Notes under the pieces: model-generated
Database searches by the model: none
The model's input: only the letters and a program-made list of their open reading frames with translations
What the model was told of the DNA's origin: nothing
Translations under genes and position numbers: made by a program
Shown: positions 43,573 through 53,183 of the stretch, piece after piece
How the letters are laid out: every line of letters begins with the position of its first letter
Numbering within the stretch: the first letter of the stretch is position 1
DNA from: Dehalococcoidia bacterium
GTDB taxonomy: Bacteria > Chloroflexota > Dehalococcoidia > SM23-28-2 > RBG-16-64-32
NCBI GenBank assembly: GCA_963665775.2
Contig: CAXXTF010000002.1
Span: 1,184,001-1,248,000, forward strand
Reading direction: 5' to 3'
Length of the DNA: 64,000 bases

Positions 43573-44133
43573 TTACTTGTCGTTTAATCCGTGCGAAGTG
43601 TCGAGAACGCCTTCTAGAGCCAAGCTGGGGTCAGCGATGTATAAGCTGAACTGCTCCACAGTGGCACCATCGGCGCCTTGCTGAGGACAGCCATCCTGCA
43701 CGACTGTGATTAGCGGCGCCACATCGCCCCGTAGGGATTCATCCACTCGGACAGAAAATGAGGCATAGCAGAAGAACTGGGGAAAACCGTCAAGCGAGCC
43801 CGCTCTTCCGGAAAAACTTACGCTTTTGACATTCCCCCTCACCACAGCCAGTGATTGATCCAGCAGAGCGGTGAGGCTTTGGCTAACTGGGTAACCAAGA
43901 CCACTGTAGGTGCTCCGTGGAAGGGAAGCCACATCTTGACCACTAGCTATGAACTCCTTTAGGAACTGTTCGTGAGCGATCTCGGGCGCAGGGTCCAACA
44001 AACTCTCTAGGTGAGCCTCCGCCACCTCCTCATCCGAGGGCGGCGGAGGTGGCGCTTCCTGGCTCCGTAGTTGGGTAGCCATTCCAATGCCGACAAGGGC
44101 GGCTAGTACGAGAACGATTGCTACTCTATACAC
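43573..44133 (-). CDS. Exported hypothetical protein, possibly 3'-truncated
   Basis: GGAGGGAGG SD plus GTG, N-terminal hydrophobic segment, lower GC. Confidence 0.7.
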   Translation of the reverse strand: MYRVAIVLVLAALVGIGMATQLRSQEAPPPPPSDEEVAEAHLESLLDPAPEIAHEQFLKEFIASGQDVASLPRSTYSGLGYPVSQSLTALLDQSLAVVRGNVKSVSFSGRAGSLDGFPQFFCYASFSVRVDESLRGDVAPLITVVQDGCPQQGADGATVEQFSLYIADPSLALEGVLDTSHGLNDK

Positions 44134-44152
44134 AGTTCACCTCCCTCCAATC

Positions 44153-44968
44153 TTACCAATCCCAATGATAGATGCATCTTATTCCGTCAGCCAGGGAAGG
44201 GCCATTAGGACATAGAGGAAATTCGCCTATCTCTTCAGAGGTGGGCAGCATACTGCCATCTGGGCTGCAATTAGTCCAGGAATTGTCCATGAGCATACCG
44301 CCCGAACCATGGTCGTCAAGTCCGAGAACATGCCCCAACTCATGATTGTAGACGTATCGAAACTCGCTCTCTGTTAGTCCGCAAATCGTATCGAAGGCGT
44401 CACCGACATATATGTCTGAATGGACAACCAGACAGGCCTCTACTCCGCAGGTTTTGGGATTATGGCCGCTACTGGGGTAGTTCTCGGTAACTGCCGCGTA
44501 TACCCCCGCGTGTAGCGCTTCATCTGCTTGCGGAACCCTAGAGTGCCAAGCCGGATCCTCGTAGACGTATAAGTAGTCCCTTGGGCACTGCAAACCGCAC
44601 CAAGACCGGATGAAGTAATGAGGCCCTGGTTGGATCGTCCAGTCAAACTTAGCCGATGTGAGTGCAGGCGCAGCCCTGGCCTTGATCTGGCTTGGGTTGT
44701 CCCAGTAAGCATAGGTGGAAATGACAAAGAGGTTATGCTTATCTGGATCGTTCTGATCGCCTTTCCGCATCTCATATGCTTCGTGACACATCAGCGGATA
44801 ACCGGACCCCCAGCAGTCACCAGATTCAAAAGCGTCCCCAGCTTGCGCCTGCTCGCTCCTTCCAACCAGCGAAACGAGCACCACCACCAAAGCCGCCACT
44901 ACAAGCCAATACGTGTGGTTAGTAATGTGTGGCACTCGTAACCTCCATCTCGACGTCGCTTGTCGCAT
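44153..44968 (-). CDS. Exported metzincin (matrixin-like) zinc metalloprotease
   Basis: Signal peptide (AQA), HELGHVLGLDDH followed by Met-turn-like GMLMD, several Cys, lower GC. Confidence 0.75.
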   Translation of the reverse strand: MRQATSRWRLRVPHITNHTYWLVVAALVVVLVSLVGRSEQAQAGDAFESGDCWGSGYPLMCHEAYEMRKGDQNDPDKHNLFVISTYAYWDNPSQIKARAAPALTSAKFDWTIQPGPHYFIRSWCGLQCPRDYLYVYEDPAWHSRVPQADEALHAGVYAAVTENYPSSGHNPKTCGVEACLVVHSDIYVGDAFDTICGLTESEFRYVYNHELGHVLGLDDHGSGGMLMDNSWTNCSPDGSMLPTSEEIGEFPLCPNGPSLADGIRCIYHWDW

Positions 44969-44991
44969 GTGTTGGAGTCATCACCGGCAAC

Positions 44992-45025
44992 ATTCTACCC
45001 CCCCCCCCCCAACATAGCCTGTCAA
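44992..45025 (-). promoter_or_regulatory. Promoter with a G13 homopolymer in the -35/-10 spacer
   Basis: Minus strand TTGACA(45025-45020)-GGCTATGTT-G13-TAGAAT(44997-44992). Confidence 0.65.
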
Positions 45026-45098
45026 GAGGTTTGTGGTGAGGTTTCGTAAATATTTTCCTTCACAATCTTCACAAAGTTCGCCCTCCCGCCCCCTCCGG

Positions 45099-45127
45099 TA
45101 GACACCCGCCCCAGCCGCCGCTACAAT
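45099..45127 (+). promoter_or_regulatory. Sigma70-type promoter of the tldD operon
   Basis: TAGACA-N17-TACAAT. Confidence 0.55.
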
Positions 45128-45196
45128 GCGGGTTGATGCTGCCCCGGAAGGGCAGCAGACGTTTCCAGACACCTTCTACCTGGCGGAGGGTTTTAC

Positions 45197-46762
45197 GTGT
45201 CCCAACGAGTCAGCATCGACGTTATCCCCCAGATCCGCGACGCCCTATCCGACCTCGTGACCTCCTACGTCAAGGGCAAACGCTTCGGCCGTTACGCCGA
45301 CATCCGCATCGAGGTGAGCGAGGGGATGGCGGCGGTGGCCGAGAACGGCATGGACAAGTTCAGCGGCCAGGACTACGGCTTCGCCTTCGGCGTTCGCGTC
45401 CTGGCCGGAGAGCGGCTGGCCGCGCCGGGCTACTGCGGAGAGATCGTGGGGGCGGCGGACCTGCCGCGCCTCCAGGAGCGTCTGCGGGAGGCCCTGGACC
45501 ACGCCTACGAGAGGGCCGTCGCCAACGCCCGCGGCAAGGAGGAGTCCCGCAGCCGCTTCGGCGTCCTGGGCGAGGCGCTCTACGACATGGCCCTGGCCCC
45601 GGTCGAGGTGCGGCAGGACACCGTAGAACCGCAGTATGAGATCGATCCCAGGCAGGTGTCCCTGGCGGACGCCGTGAAGTACGTGCGAGAGGTCTCGCAG
45701 CGCGTGAAGGACGTGGACTCCAGCGTCGCCTTCAACTTCATCTCGGCCGGTACCCAGATGGAGCGACAGCTGTTCGTCAGCTCCGAGGGGGCGAACATAG
45801 ACCAGACCTGGGCCTACACCCAGGGGACCTGCTTCGTCGTGGCGCAGGGGCCGGAGGGACACCAGGAGCTGTACGACTTCACCGGCCACCAGCGGGGCTG
45901 GGAGCTGATCACCCACGGCATTCAGGAGCGGTTCATTCAGTTCCCGCACCTGATGGCCTTCTCCCTGGAGCTGGCGGGGAACACGGTGACCCTGGCCGCC
46001 TGTAAGCCACTGAAGGCGACCGAGAAGGAGGTGGTGGTGGTCACGGACCCCCACTACAACGCCCTGGTCTGCCACGAGGTGATCGGCCACGCCAGCGAGC
46101 TGGACCGGGCCCTGAAGTTCGAGACGGGATACGCCGGGCGCTCCTGGTTCCTTAAGAACGCCCAGGAGAGCCAGATGGGCAAGCGGGTGGGCTCCGATCT
46201 GGTTACGGCCTTCAGCGACCCCACCATCGACGGCTTCGGCCACTACATGTACGACGACGAGGGGACGCCGGCCCACCGGATATACCACCTAGATAAGGGG
46301 ATATTCAACGGCTTCGCCAACAGCCGCCAGACCGCCTCCATCGTAGGGGCAGAGCCCAACGGCCACTACAAGGCCACCGACGCCTCCCTGGTGCCCCTCG
46401 TCCGCATGTCCAACACCGCCTTCGCCCCCGGCGACCAGGACCCTCATGACATCATCCGGGAGGTGGACCAAGGCTACTACGTCGTCGGCCATCGCATCCC
46501 CTCCGTCGCCGAGTCGCGGGAGAACTTCCGGATCACGGCGATGCGGATGTACGAGATCCACAACGGGGAGATCGGCGAGATGTTCCGGGACGGCGGCCTG
46601 ACGAGCGACAGCCGGGACTACTTCCTGAACGTGGACGCCATGGGCAACGACTTCCGGCTGTTCGCTATCCCCAACTGCGGCAAGGGGCAGCCCATGCAGA
46701 CGAAGCGGATGTCTAATGGCGGCCCCACGATGCGCTCCCGCGCCCGGCTCACGGGCGTATAG
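45197..46762 (+). CDS. tldD: TldD-family metalloprotease
   Basis: HEVIGHASE (HExxxH), YDDEG, RMSNT, CGKGQP. Confidence 0.9.
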   Translation: MSQRVSIDVIPQIRDALSDLVTSYVKGKRFGRYADIRIEVSEGMAAVAENGMDKFSGQDYGFAFGVRVLAGERLAAPGYCGEIVGAADLPRLQERLREALDHAYERAVANARGKEESRSRFGVLGEALYDMALAPVEVRQDTVEPQYEIDPRQVSLADAVKYVREVSQRVKDVDSSVAFNFISAGTQMERQLFVSSEGANIDQTWAYTQGTCFVVAQGPEGHQELYDFTGHQRGWELITHGIQERFIQFPHLMAFSLELAGNTVTLAACKPLKATEKEVVVVTDPHYNALVCHEVIGHASELDRALKFETGYAGRSWFLKNAQESQMGKRVGSDLVTAFSDPTIDGFGHYMYDDEGTPAHRIYHLDKGIFNGFANSRQTASIVGAEPNGHYKATDASLVPLVRMSNTAFAPGDQDPHDIIREVDQGYYVVGHRIPSVAESRENFRITAMRMYEIHNGEIGEMFRDGGLTSDSRDYFLNVDAMGNDFRLFAIPNCGKGQPMQTKRMSNGGPTMRSRARLTGV

Positions 46763-46785
46763 CCGAGAGGTATGATGGAGTAGCT

Positions 46786-47175
46786 ATGGGAACCTTCCGC
46801 GTCCCTATAGAGATAGGCGACCCCCAGGGCGACCGGTTCGAACGGGTAGAAGCGCTGGTGGACACAGGGGCCAGCTACTCTGTGCTGCCTGCGTCTGTAC
46901 TGCGTCAGCTAGAAGTGACGCCCCACGATCACGTCACCTTCATCCTAGCCGATGGCCGCGAGATCGAGCGGGAGGTGGGACGAACCTGGGTTCGAATAGA
47001 CGGAAAGACGGAGATCACCCTGGTGGTCTTTGGCGAAGAGGGCACCGAAGCGCTGCTGGGGGCATACACGCTGGAGGGTCTGCGTCTGGGCGTCGACCCG
47101 TACAATCGACGCCTGGTGCCCACGCCGGGGCTGCTTATGACTATGCGCCCGCGAGCCTGCCTGGCGGGGGTATAG
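46786..47175 (+). CDS. Clan AA (retropepsin-like) aspartyl protease
   Basis: ALVDTGA, LADG, LLGAYTLEGL. Confidence 0.88.
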   Translation: MGTFRVPIEIGDPQGDRFERVEALVDTGASYSVLPASVLRQLEVTPHDHVTFILADGREIEREVGRTWVRIDGKTEITLVVFGEEGTEALLGAYTLEGLRLGVDPYNRRLVPTPGLLMTMRPRACLAGV

Positions 47176-47178
47176 GCT

Positions 47179-48738
47179 ATGATCCCCCTATCCCAACTCG
47201 AACGGGCAGTGCATGACGGCCTCGCCTTCCTCCGCTCTCAGGCGGACGTGGAGGAGGCGGAGGTGTTCGTCGCCGCCAACGGTGTCCTCCTGGCCCGCCT
47301 CAACTACACCTCGCACATCCCCTGCAACGGCGTCGAGGAGCCCAAGTCCGTAGTCAACTACGGGGTCGGGGTCCAGGCCGTCTTCAAGGCCGGAGACGGC
47401 GAGCTCCGCCGCGTCGGCTTCGGCTCCGAGACCTCGGACATCTCCCCGGAAGGCGTCAAGGCGGCCCTGGAGAAGGCCCGCAAGGGTGCCGTGGCCGACC
47501 CCGAGTTCAGCTCGCTGGCCCAGCCCACGGGCGAGCGGCGGCGGCTGACCGCCTACCACGACCCAGCGGCGATGGAGATCGCGGACGCCGACCTCGTGGA
47601 CGCCGGCTGGCGGGTGGCAAACGGGGCGCTGCGCGTCTTCCAGAGCTCGGAGAGCCTCAGCCAGATCGCCGACAGCCCCGACCGGATGCGGGAGCTGGGG
47701 CTCATCGTCAGCGGCGACGTCACCCTCCTTCAGGAGCGGATGGCCATCGCCTCCTACGCCATGCCGGAGGTGCAGACGGACGAATCGACTCTGATCATGT
47801 CCTTCCTCACCGCCATGGTGGAGCGGGAGGAGGCAAAAGGGAGCGGCTACGGCGCCTCCACCACCCTCGCCGGGTTCACGGACGAGGCGGGCCAGGCGGC
47901 GGCCCGCAACGCTATCAGCGGCATCGGCGGCGTGCGCGTGCCCAGCGGCGAGTACCGGGTGATCTTCGGACGGCAGGCCACCATGGAGATCCTCCACTAC
48001 ATCGTGCTGCCGGGGCTGAACACCGGCACGTTCTACGCCGCCGGCTCCCCCTTCATGGGGCAGATCGGGAAGCAGGTTGCCTCGCCCAAGTTCAGCCTGC
48101 ACGACGACGGCGCCGCGGCGGGACTGGTGGGCGCCAAGGGGATCACCTGCGAAGGGCTGCCCACCGGCCGGACCGAGCTAATCAAGGACGGCGTCCTGGT
48201 GGAGCTCCTGTCCAACCACTACGAATCGCAAAGGCTCCAGGGCGACCCCCAGGCCAAAGAGAAGCTGGGCGTCGACCCCAAGGAGTGGGCCTCCGCCTTC
48301 GTGCCCCGGAACGGCTTCCGCTTCGCCCGCGGCGGCGGTCGCCACTTCGACGCCCAGCCGGGGATCCACCCGACGAACGTTATAGCGCCCGGCGACGTGG
48401 AGTCCACCGAGGCGATGGCGCAGCTCATCGGGGACGGCCTGTACATCGGCCGTATCTGGTATACGTACCCGGTGAACGGCCTGCGAGCCGGTGACTTCAC
48501 CGGCACCGTGGTGGCCGACTCCTACGTGATCCGCGACGGACGCATCGCCGAGCCGATCAAGCCCAACACCCTGCGCATCAACGAGAACGTCCGCAACTTC
48601 CTGAACGGCATCATCGGCGTGGCCAAGGAAGGGAAGCCCACGCTAGTCTGGGCGGCCGACGAGATCGTCTACGCGCCGGAGATAGCGGTGGAGAAGGTGC
48701 ACATAGACGCCATCGCCGGCTATATGGAGACGATCTAG
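47179..48738 (+). CDS. pmbA: PmbA/TldE-family protein
   Basis: Follows tldD; EGLPTGRTELIKDG, GDFTG; no HExxxH. Confidence 0.82.
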   Translation: MIPLSQLERAVHDGLAFLRSQADVEEAEVFVAANGVLLARLNYTSHIPCNGVEEPKSVVNYGVGVQAVFKAGDGELRRVGFGSETSDISPEGVKAALEKARKGAVADPEFSSLAQPTGERRRLTAYHDPAAMEIADADLVDAGWRVANGALRVFQSSESLSQIADSPDRMRELGLIVSGDVTLLQERMAIASYAMPEVQTDESTLIMSFLTAMVEREEAKGSGYGASTTLAGFTDEAGQAAARNAISGIGGVRVPSGEYRVIFGRQATMEILHYIVLPGLNTGTFYAAGSPFMGQIGKQVASPKFSLHDDGAAAGLVGAKGITCEGLPTGRTELIKDGVLVELLSNHYESQRLQGDPQAKEKLGVDPKEWASAFVPRNGFRFARGGGRHFDAQPGIHPTNVIAPGDVESTEAMAQLIGDGLYIGRIWYTYPVNGLRAGDFTGTVVADSYVIRDGRIAEPIKPNTLRINENVRNFLNGIIGVAKEGKPTLVWAADEIVYAPEIAVEKVHIDAIAGYMETI

Positions 48739-48809
48739 ATTACGGTCGCGACGGCTACATCCTTAGCCGCGGCACGGGCACGAGGCGCACAACCAGGGTG
48801 ACGGTCGGG

Positions 48810-49598
48810 CTACCTGGTAGACAGCTCTTCCCGGAGGAGCATCTCGCCGGTGGGGCGGTCACTTCCCCCAGATCCCTCAACGCTGACGCCGATCGCCTCA
48901 GGTGGCCCAGACAGAGCGCTCAGGTCCACGGAAAGCTGGCTAAAGCCGTCCTGATGTCTGAACGTGCCGCCGGACTCCCACCCTTCGTCGGTCAGAAGCC
49001 ATGCCTGGTAGACCTGATCCGCTTGAAGATGAGGCAGGTTGCTACATGCCAGGACGCCCCTCTGACTCGCCGTACTCCAGTAGTAGACGCCGACCGCCTC
49101 GGAATCCGCGGATACGGCCCCAACGTTAAGCTCCTCCATGTCCGGAGCGGCCATGACGGAAAGGATCTGCCGTTGCTCGTCCAGGAGGGCACTGGAGGCC
49201 TGGAGCTGGAACGCCAGCTCGTCATTCTCGTCTCGCAGGTCGTTGACCTCCAACTGGAGGACGGCAGCGAACGCCAGAGCAGCGACCCCTGCCACAGCCA
49301 CCGCACCCGCGAGAGCCGGCCACCCCCGCCCAAGAGCCCGGCGAATACCCCAGAAGCCGCGCTCCCGGCGTCCCTCCCGCTCCGCCTGGGACAGCACACG
49401 ATCGCGCAGGCGAGCCGGCGCCGCCTCGATGCCCACAGCCAGGGAGAGGGCGGCGGCTGTGCGCTGGACCTCGCTAAGCTCCTCCCAGCAGCGTATACAG
49501 TCACTGAGGTGCCGCTCCAGACCCTCCGACTCAGCCGGCTCCGTGGCGCCCAGAGCGTAGGCGTCCAGTAGCTCTCTAACTTCCTGACAGTCCATCAA
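48810..49598 (-). CDS. Anti-sigma factor (ZAS plus RskA-like)
   Basis: AYALG, HLSDCIRC (HxxxCxxC), TM segment, YQAW, VSVE..GGS. Confidence 0.88.
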   Translation of the reverse strand: MMDCQEVRELLDAYALGATEPAESEGLERHLSDCIRCWEELSEVQRTAAALSLAVGIEAAPARLRDRVLSQAEREGRRERGFWGIRRALGRGWPALAGAVAVAGVAALAFAAVLQLEVNDLRDENDELAFQLQASSALLDEQRQILSVMAAPDMEELNVGAVSADSEAVGVYYWSTASQRGVLACSNLPHLQADQVYQAWLLTDEGWESGGTFRHQDGFSQLSVDLSALSGPPEAIGVSVEGSGGSDRPTGEMLLREELSTR

Positions 49599-50203
49599 CG
49601 CCCATCCCGCCTCAGCTCGGGGGCCAAGGTCACTCGAAGCTTCCGCATGCCAAGACGGATGCGGGTCTTCACTGTGCCCAGCGGCTGAGAGAGGCGCTGG
49701 GCGATCTCCTGCTGGGTCAGGCCGCCGAAGTAGGCCAGCTCGATCACCTCCCGCTGCTGAGACGGCAGCTCCGCTAAGGCGTCCACGATCAGCCGGCGCT
49801 GATCCGTTAGCTCAGCGGTCAGCGCTGGATCATCGTTATCGGGGCCCACCAGCTCCCGCTCCTGTTCCTCCGGGGAAGCGGTCTCATGCCGGTAGCGCCG
49901 GCTGCGGGAGCGTATCTCGTCCACGGCTCGGTTGCGGGCCACAGAGGTAAGCCATACGGCGAACCGGCCTCGGTGAGCCACGTAGCTCTCCGGCTTACGC
50001 CAGAGCCTGAGGAATATCTCTTGAACCATGTCTTGCGCTAGATACACGTCCCGCACCATTCGCAGAGTGGTCGAGTACACCAGATCGCCGTATCGGTCAT
50101 AGAGCGCTCGGAACGCCTCCAGATCACGATTGGCAATACGCTGCATAAGCTCCTCGTCATTGAGCCGACTGTACGGGTCTTCCTTGACAGATACGTCTTT
50201 CAT
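49595..50203 (-). CDS. ECF sigma factor (SigK-like)
   Basis: DMVQEIFLRLW, RNRAVD, AYFGGLTQQEIA, LGTVKTRIRLG. Confidence 0.92.
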   Translation of the reverse strand: MKDVSVKEDPYSRLNDEELMQRIANRDLEAFRALYDRYGDLVYSTTLRMVRDVYLAQDMVQEIFLRLWRKPESYVAHRGRFAVWLTSVARNRAVDEIRSRSRRYRHETASPEEQERELVGPDNDDPALTAELTDQRRLIVDALAELPSQQREVIELAYFGGLTQQEIAQRLSQPLGTVKTRIRLGMRKLRVTLAPELRRDGR

Positions 50204-50328
50204 CGCAGCCTAGATGCCTAACCAGGGGCTCGGCATGCCACTCTCATTCTAGCGGGCAAAACCACCCCCCGCTACCGGAACGTAATACCTTAGCGAGAGG
50301 TTACGCACACCCGAAGGAGGTAGGCCCG

Positions 50329-51405
50329 TTGCGACGTGAAGCTGTCCTGATCCTGGCTCTGGCCCTGTCCGCCCTGGCGATCGTGGCTACAGCCTGTGGC
50401 GGCGGGAGCTCGTCCACGACCACCGTTACCCCTAGCCCAACAGGCACAACGGCAACCCCGAGACCCTCGCCATCTCCGATCATCTCGGTCATCTCCTCAA
50501 CAGCGGACCTAGTGGAGCAACTACGCCCTTCGGTCGTGCACGTCCAGACCGAGATAGGGGTAGGGACGGGCTTCATCATCGATGAGGAGGGGCACATCGT
50601 CACCAACAACCACGTCATCACTATCGACACCGTCCAGCCGGCGAATCAGATAACGGTGACCCTGGCCGACGGCAGCAGCTACGCCGCTTCCATCGTGGGA
50701 CGCGACCGGCCGACCGACCTGGCTGTGCTGAAGATCGACGCTGAGGGGCTGACCCCTATCACGTTGGGCGAGTCGTCCCAGCTTCGGGCGGGGGAGGACG
50801 TGGTGGCCATCGGCAACGCGTTGAACCTGCCGGGTGGACCCACCGTCACCAAGGGGGTAGTCAGCGCCCTGGGACGGCTAATCGAGGACGAAGACCCGAC
50901 TTCCGACATCGTCATCCCAGACGGCATTCAGACCGACGCCGTAATTAACCCCGGCAACTCAGGGGGCCCCCTGGTGGACATGCGGGGCCGCGTAGTAGGC
51001 ATCACTACGGCCGTGATCCGGGGCGCCAACGCCGAGGGGATAGGGCTGGCCATCTCCATAGACCTGGCCAAGCCGATAGTGGCCGAGCTGATCGAAGAGG
51101 GGCAGGTTAACCGCGGCTTCCTGGGCGTGTCCCCAACCCAGATTACGCCCGATCTGGCCGAAACCTTCAACCTGGGCGTCGACCACGGGGTGAGCCTGCA
51201 AGAGGTAACGTCGGGGAGCCCCGCCGACCGGGCCGGCCTGCAGCCGGGCGACATCATCGTCAACATAGACGACACCGAGATTCGAAATATCGGCGAGCTG
51301 TTCCAGGCCCTCATCAAGTACCGGGCGGGGGCAACGGTGGAAGTGGAGTTCTACCGCGACGGCAACCCCCAGACCACGGAGGTGACGTTGGGCGAACGGC
51401 CGTAA
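50329..51405 (+). CDS. htrA: HtrA/DegP serine protease, lipoprotein with one PDZ domain
   Basis: ATAC lipobox, VTNNHV, DLAVLK, INPGNSGGPL, PDZ. Confidence 0.93.
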   Translation: MRREAVLILALALSALAIVATACGGGSSSTTTVTPSPTGTTATPRPSPSPIISVISSTADLVEQLRPSVVHVQTEIGVGTGFIIDEEGHIVTNNHVITIDTVQPANQITVTLADGSSYAASIVGRDRPTDLAVLKIDAEGLTPITLGESSQLRAGEDVVAIGNALNLPGGPTVTKGVVSALGRLIEDEDPTSDIVIPDGIQTDAVINPGNSGGPLVDMRGRVVGITTAVIRGANAEGIGLAISIDLAKPIVAELIEEGQVNRGFLGVSPTQITPDLAETFNLGVDHGVSLQEVTSGSPADRAGLQPGDIIVNIDDTEIRNIGELFQALIKYRAGATVEVEFYRDGNPQTTEVTLGERP

Positions 51406-51518
51406 CAGGGGTCCCGCGCCCTCCGGCACCCTTGTGGGGCGGGTCAGATTCGCGGTATTCTAATGGATAGAGCGCGCTAGGAGCGCGGCTCAATCAGCAG
51501 CTGAGGTGAATAGTAGAT

Positions 51519-52415
51519 ATGAATAATGTTAAGACGGTTTTCTTGCTGGTCGCGCTTTCCGGCATATTCCTGGCCATAGGAGGAATCATATTCGGTCCGA
51601 CCGGTCTGATCATCGCCGGCGTGATCGCCCTGGCGATGAACTTCTTCTCCTACTGGTCCTCTGACAAGCTGGTGTTGAAGATCGCTGGCGCACGGGAGGT
51701 CACCCCGGACCAGGAGCCACACCTGCACCGCATCGTCGATGATGTGACGGCCATGGCAAAGATGCCCAAGCCCAAGGTGTACGTCATCCAGAACGACTCG
51801 CCCAACGCCTTCGCTACGGGCCGCAACGCCAACCACGCCGCCGTGGCCGCCACCACCGGTATCATGCGCATCCTGGACGACCGGGAGCTGACGGCCGTCT
51901 TCGGCCACGAGCTGGGCCATATCCGGAACCGCGATATCCTGGTGAGCTCCATAGTGGCCACCATCGCCATGGCGATCATGTTCATCGCCATGATCGGGCG
52001 GTTCTCGCTATTCTTTGGCGGCCGCGGCCGCGGCGGCGGCGGCATAATTGGGATCGTCGCCCTGCTGGCGATAGTCATTCTGGCGCCCCTGGCCGCCACG
52101 ATTATCCGTATGGCCATCTCCCGTCAGCGGGAGTTCGGAGCGGACGAGGCGGGCGCCGCCATCACCCGCACGCCGATCTCCCTGGCCAGCGCCCTGCAGA
52201 AGCTCCAGGACCATTCCCGGGCCCGGCCGATGAAGGTGAACCCGGCCGTATCGCACCTGTTCATAGTCAACCCATTCGGCAGCACGCAGAAGCAGACGGG
52301 CGGCGACATGACGATGAGCTTCTTCGGCTCCAACATGCTGAGCAGCCACCCTCCCACGGAGAAGCGCATCGAGCGGCTGAACGAGATCGCCCGCAAGACC
52401 GGCAACTACAGCTAG
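51519..52415 (+). CDS. htpX: Zinc metalloprotease HtpX
   Basis: PNAFATGR, GHELGH, SRQREFGAD, SHPPTEKRI. Confidence 0.94.
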   Translation: MNNVKTVFLLVALSGIFLAIGGIIFGPTGLIIAGVIALAMNFFSYWSSDKLVLKIAGAREVTPDQEPHLHRIVDDVTAMAKMPKPKVYVIQNDSPNAFATGRNANHAAVAATTGIMRILDDRELTAVFGHELGHIRNRDILVSSIVATIAMAIMFIAMIGRFSLFFGGRGRGGGGIIGIVALLAIVILAPLAATIIRMAISRQREFGADEAGAAITRTPISLASALQKLQDHSRARPMKVNPAVSHLFIVNPFGSTQKQTGGDMTMSFFGSNMLSSHPPTEKRIERLNEIARKTGNYS

Positions 52416-52439
52416 CCGATACCGCGAATCGAATAGCGG

Positions 52440-52470
52440 GCGGGCCTTGAGAGATCGAGGCCCGCTTTCT
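52440..52470 (+). terminator. Intrinsic terminator after htpX
   Basis: GCGGGCCT-N10-AGGCCCGC-TTTCT. Confidence 0.65.
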
Positions 52471-52611
52471 CATAGGAGTAGTGACGGCTCAAGCCGCGGG
52501 GTGATTAACAAGCTGGGCCGACCCCGCAGCGTCGTCAGGCAGGGCCCGGTGTCCGGCATCACCGATCTTCAGGGTCCTGGTCTGATCGGACACGGAGCAC
52601 TCCTTCTAGAG

Positions 52612-53181
52612 TTACTGGATTCCGCTACCGGCGATCCCTAGCTCCGGCGCCAGCGGCCTCAGGGACTCGATGGCGAAAGCGATGTGCTCGTCCAGATCGA
52701 CGCCGAGCAGCTCGGCGCCCTTAACGATATCTTCTCGGTTCACATTGCGAGCAAACCCCTTGTCCTTCATCTTCTTGCGAACCGCCGCCACATCGACCTC
52801 TTCGATGCTTTTGTGAGGCCGCACCAGAGCGACAGCGATGACCAAGCCCGTGAGTTCGTCCACGGCGTAGATCGCCCGGTCCATGGCGCTCTTGCGCTCC
52901 AGGCCCAGGTAATCCGCGTGACAGAGGACAGCGTAAACGATCTCTTCCGGAACGCCGCGCTGCCGCAGGATCTCCGCCCCCTTCACCGGATGCTCCTCCG
53001 GATTGGGATGTATCTCATAGTCGAAGTCGTGCAGCAGGCCAACGATGCCCCACTTCTCCTCGTCGTCGCCGGAGCGGCGGGCGCAGGCCCGCATGGCGGC
53101 CTCCACCGCCAGGGCATGTTTACGCAACGGCTCCGTCTTAGTGAACTCGCAGAGCAGGTCCCAGGCAGCCTACCGGTCCAT
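52612..53181 (-). pseudogene. HDIG/HD-domain hydrolase with an in-frame TAG at codon 4 (may be read through or restarted at TTG 53127)
   Basis: ATG GAC CGG TAG GCT GCC TGG = MDR*AAWDLLCEFTKTEPLRKHALAVE; LLHDFDYE, VDELTG, FARNVNRE intact. Confidence 0.6.
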
Positions 53182-53183
53182 TA

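Noticed and set aside
46786-47175. Retroelement inferred from the retropepsin-like gene
   Set aside because: No reverse transcriptase, integrase or terminal repeats; stand-alone clan AA proteases are common in bacteria.
52612-53181. Genome-wide TAG reassignment
   Set aside because: Many genes here end properly at TAG (e.g. groEL, htpX, tldD, moaD).
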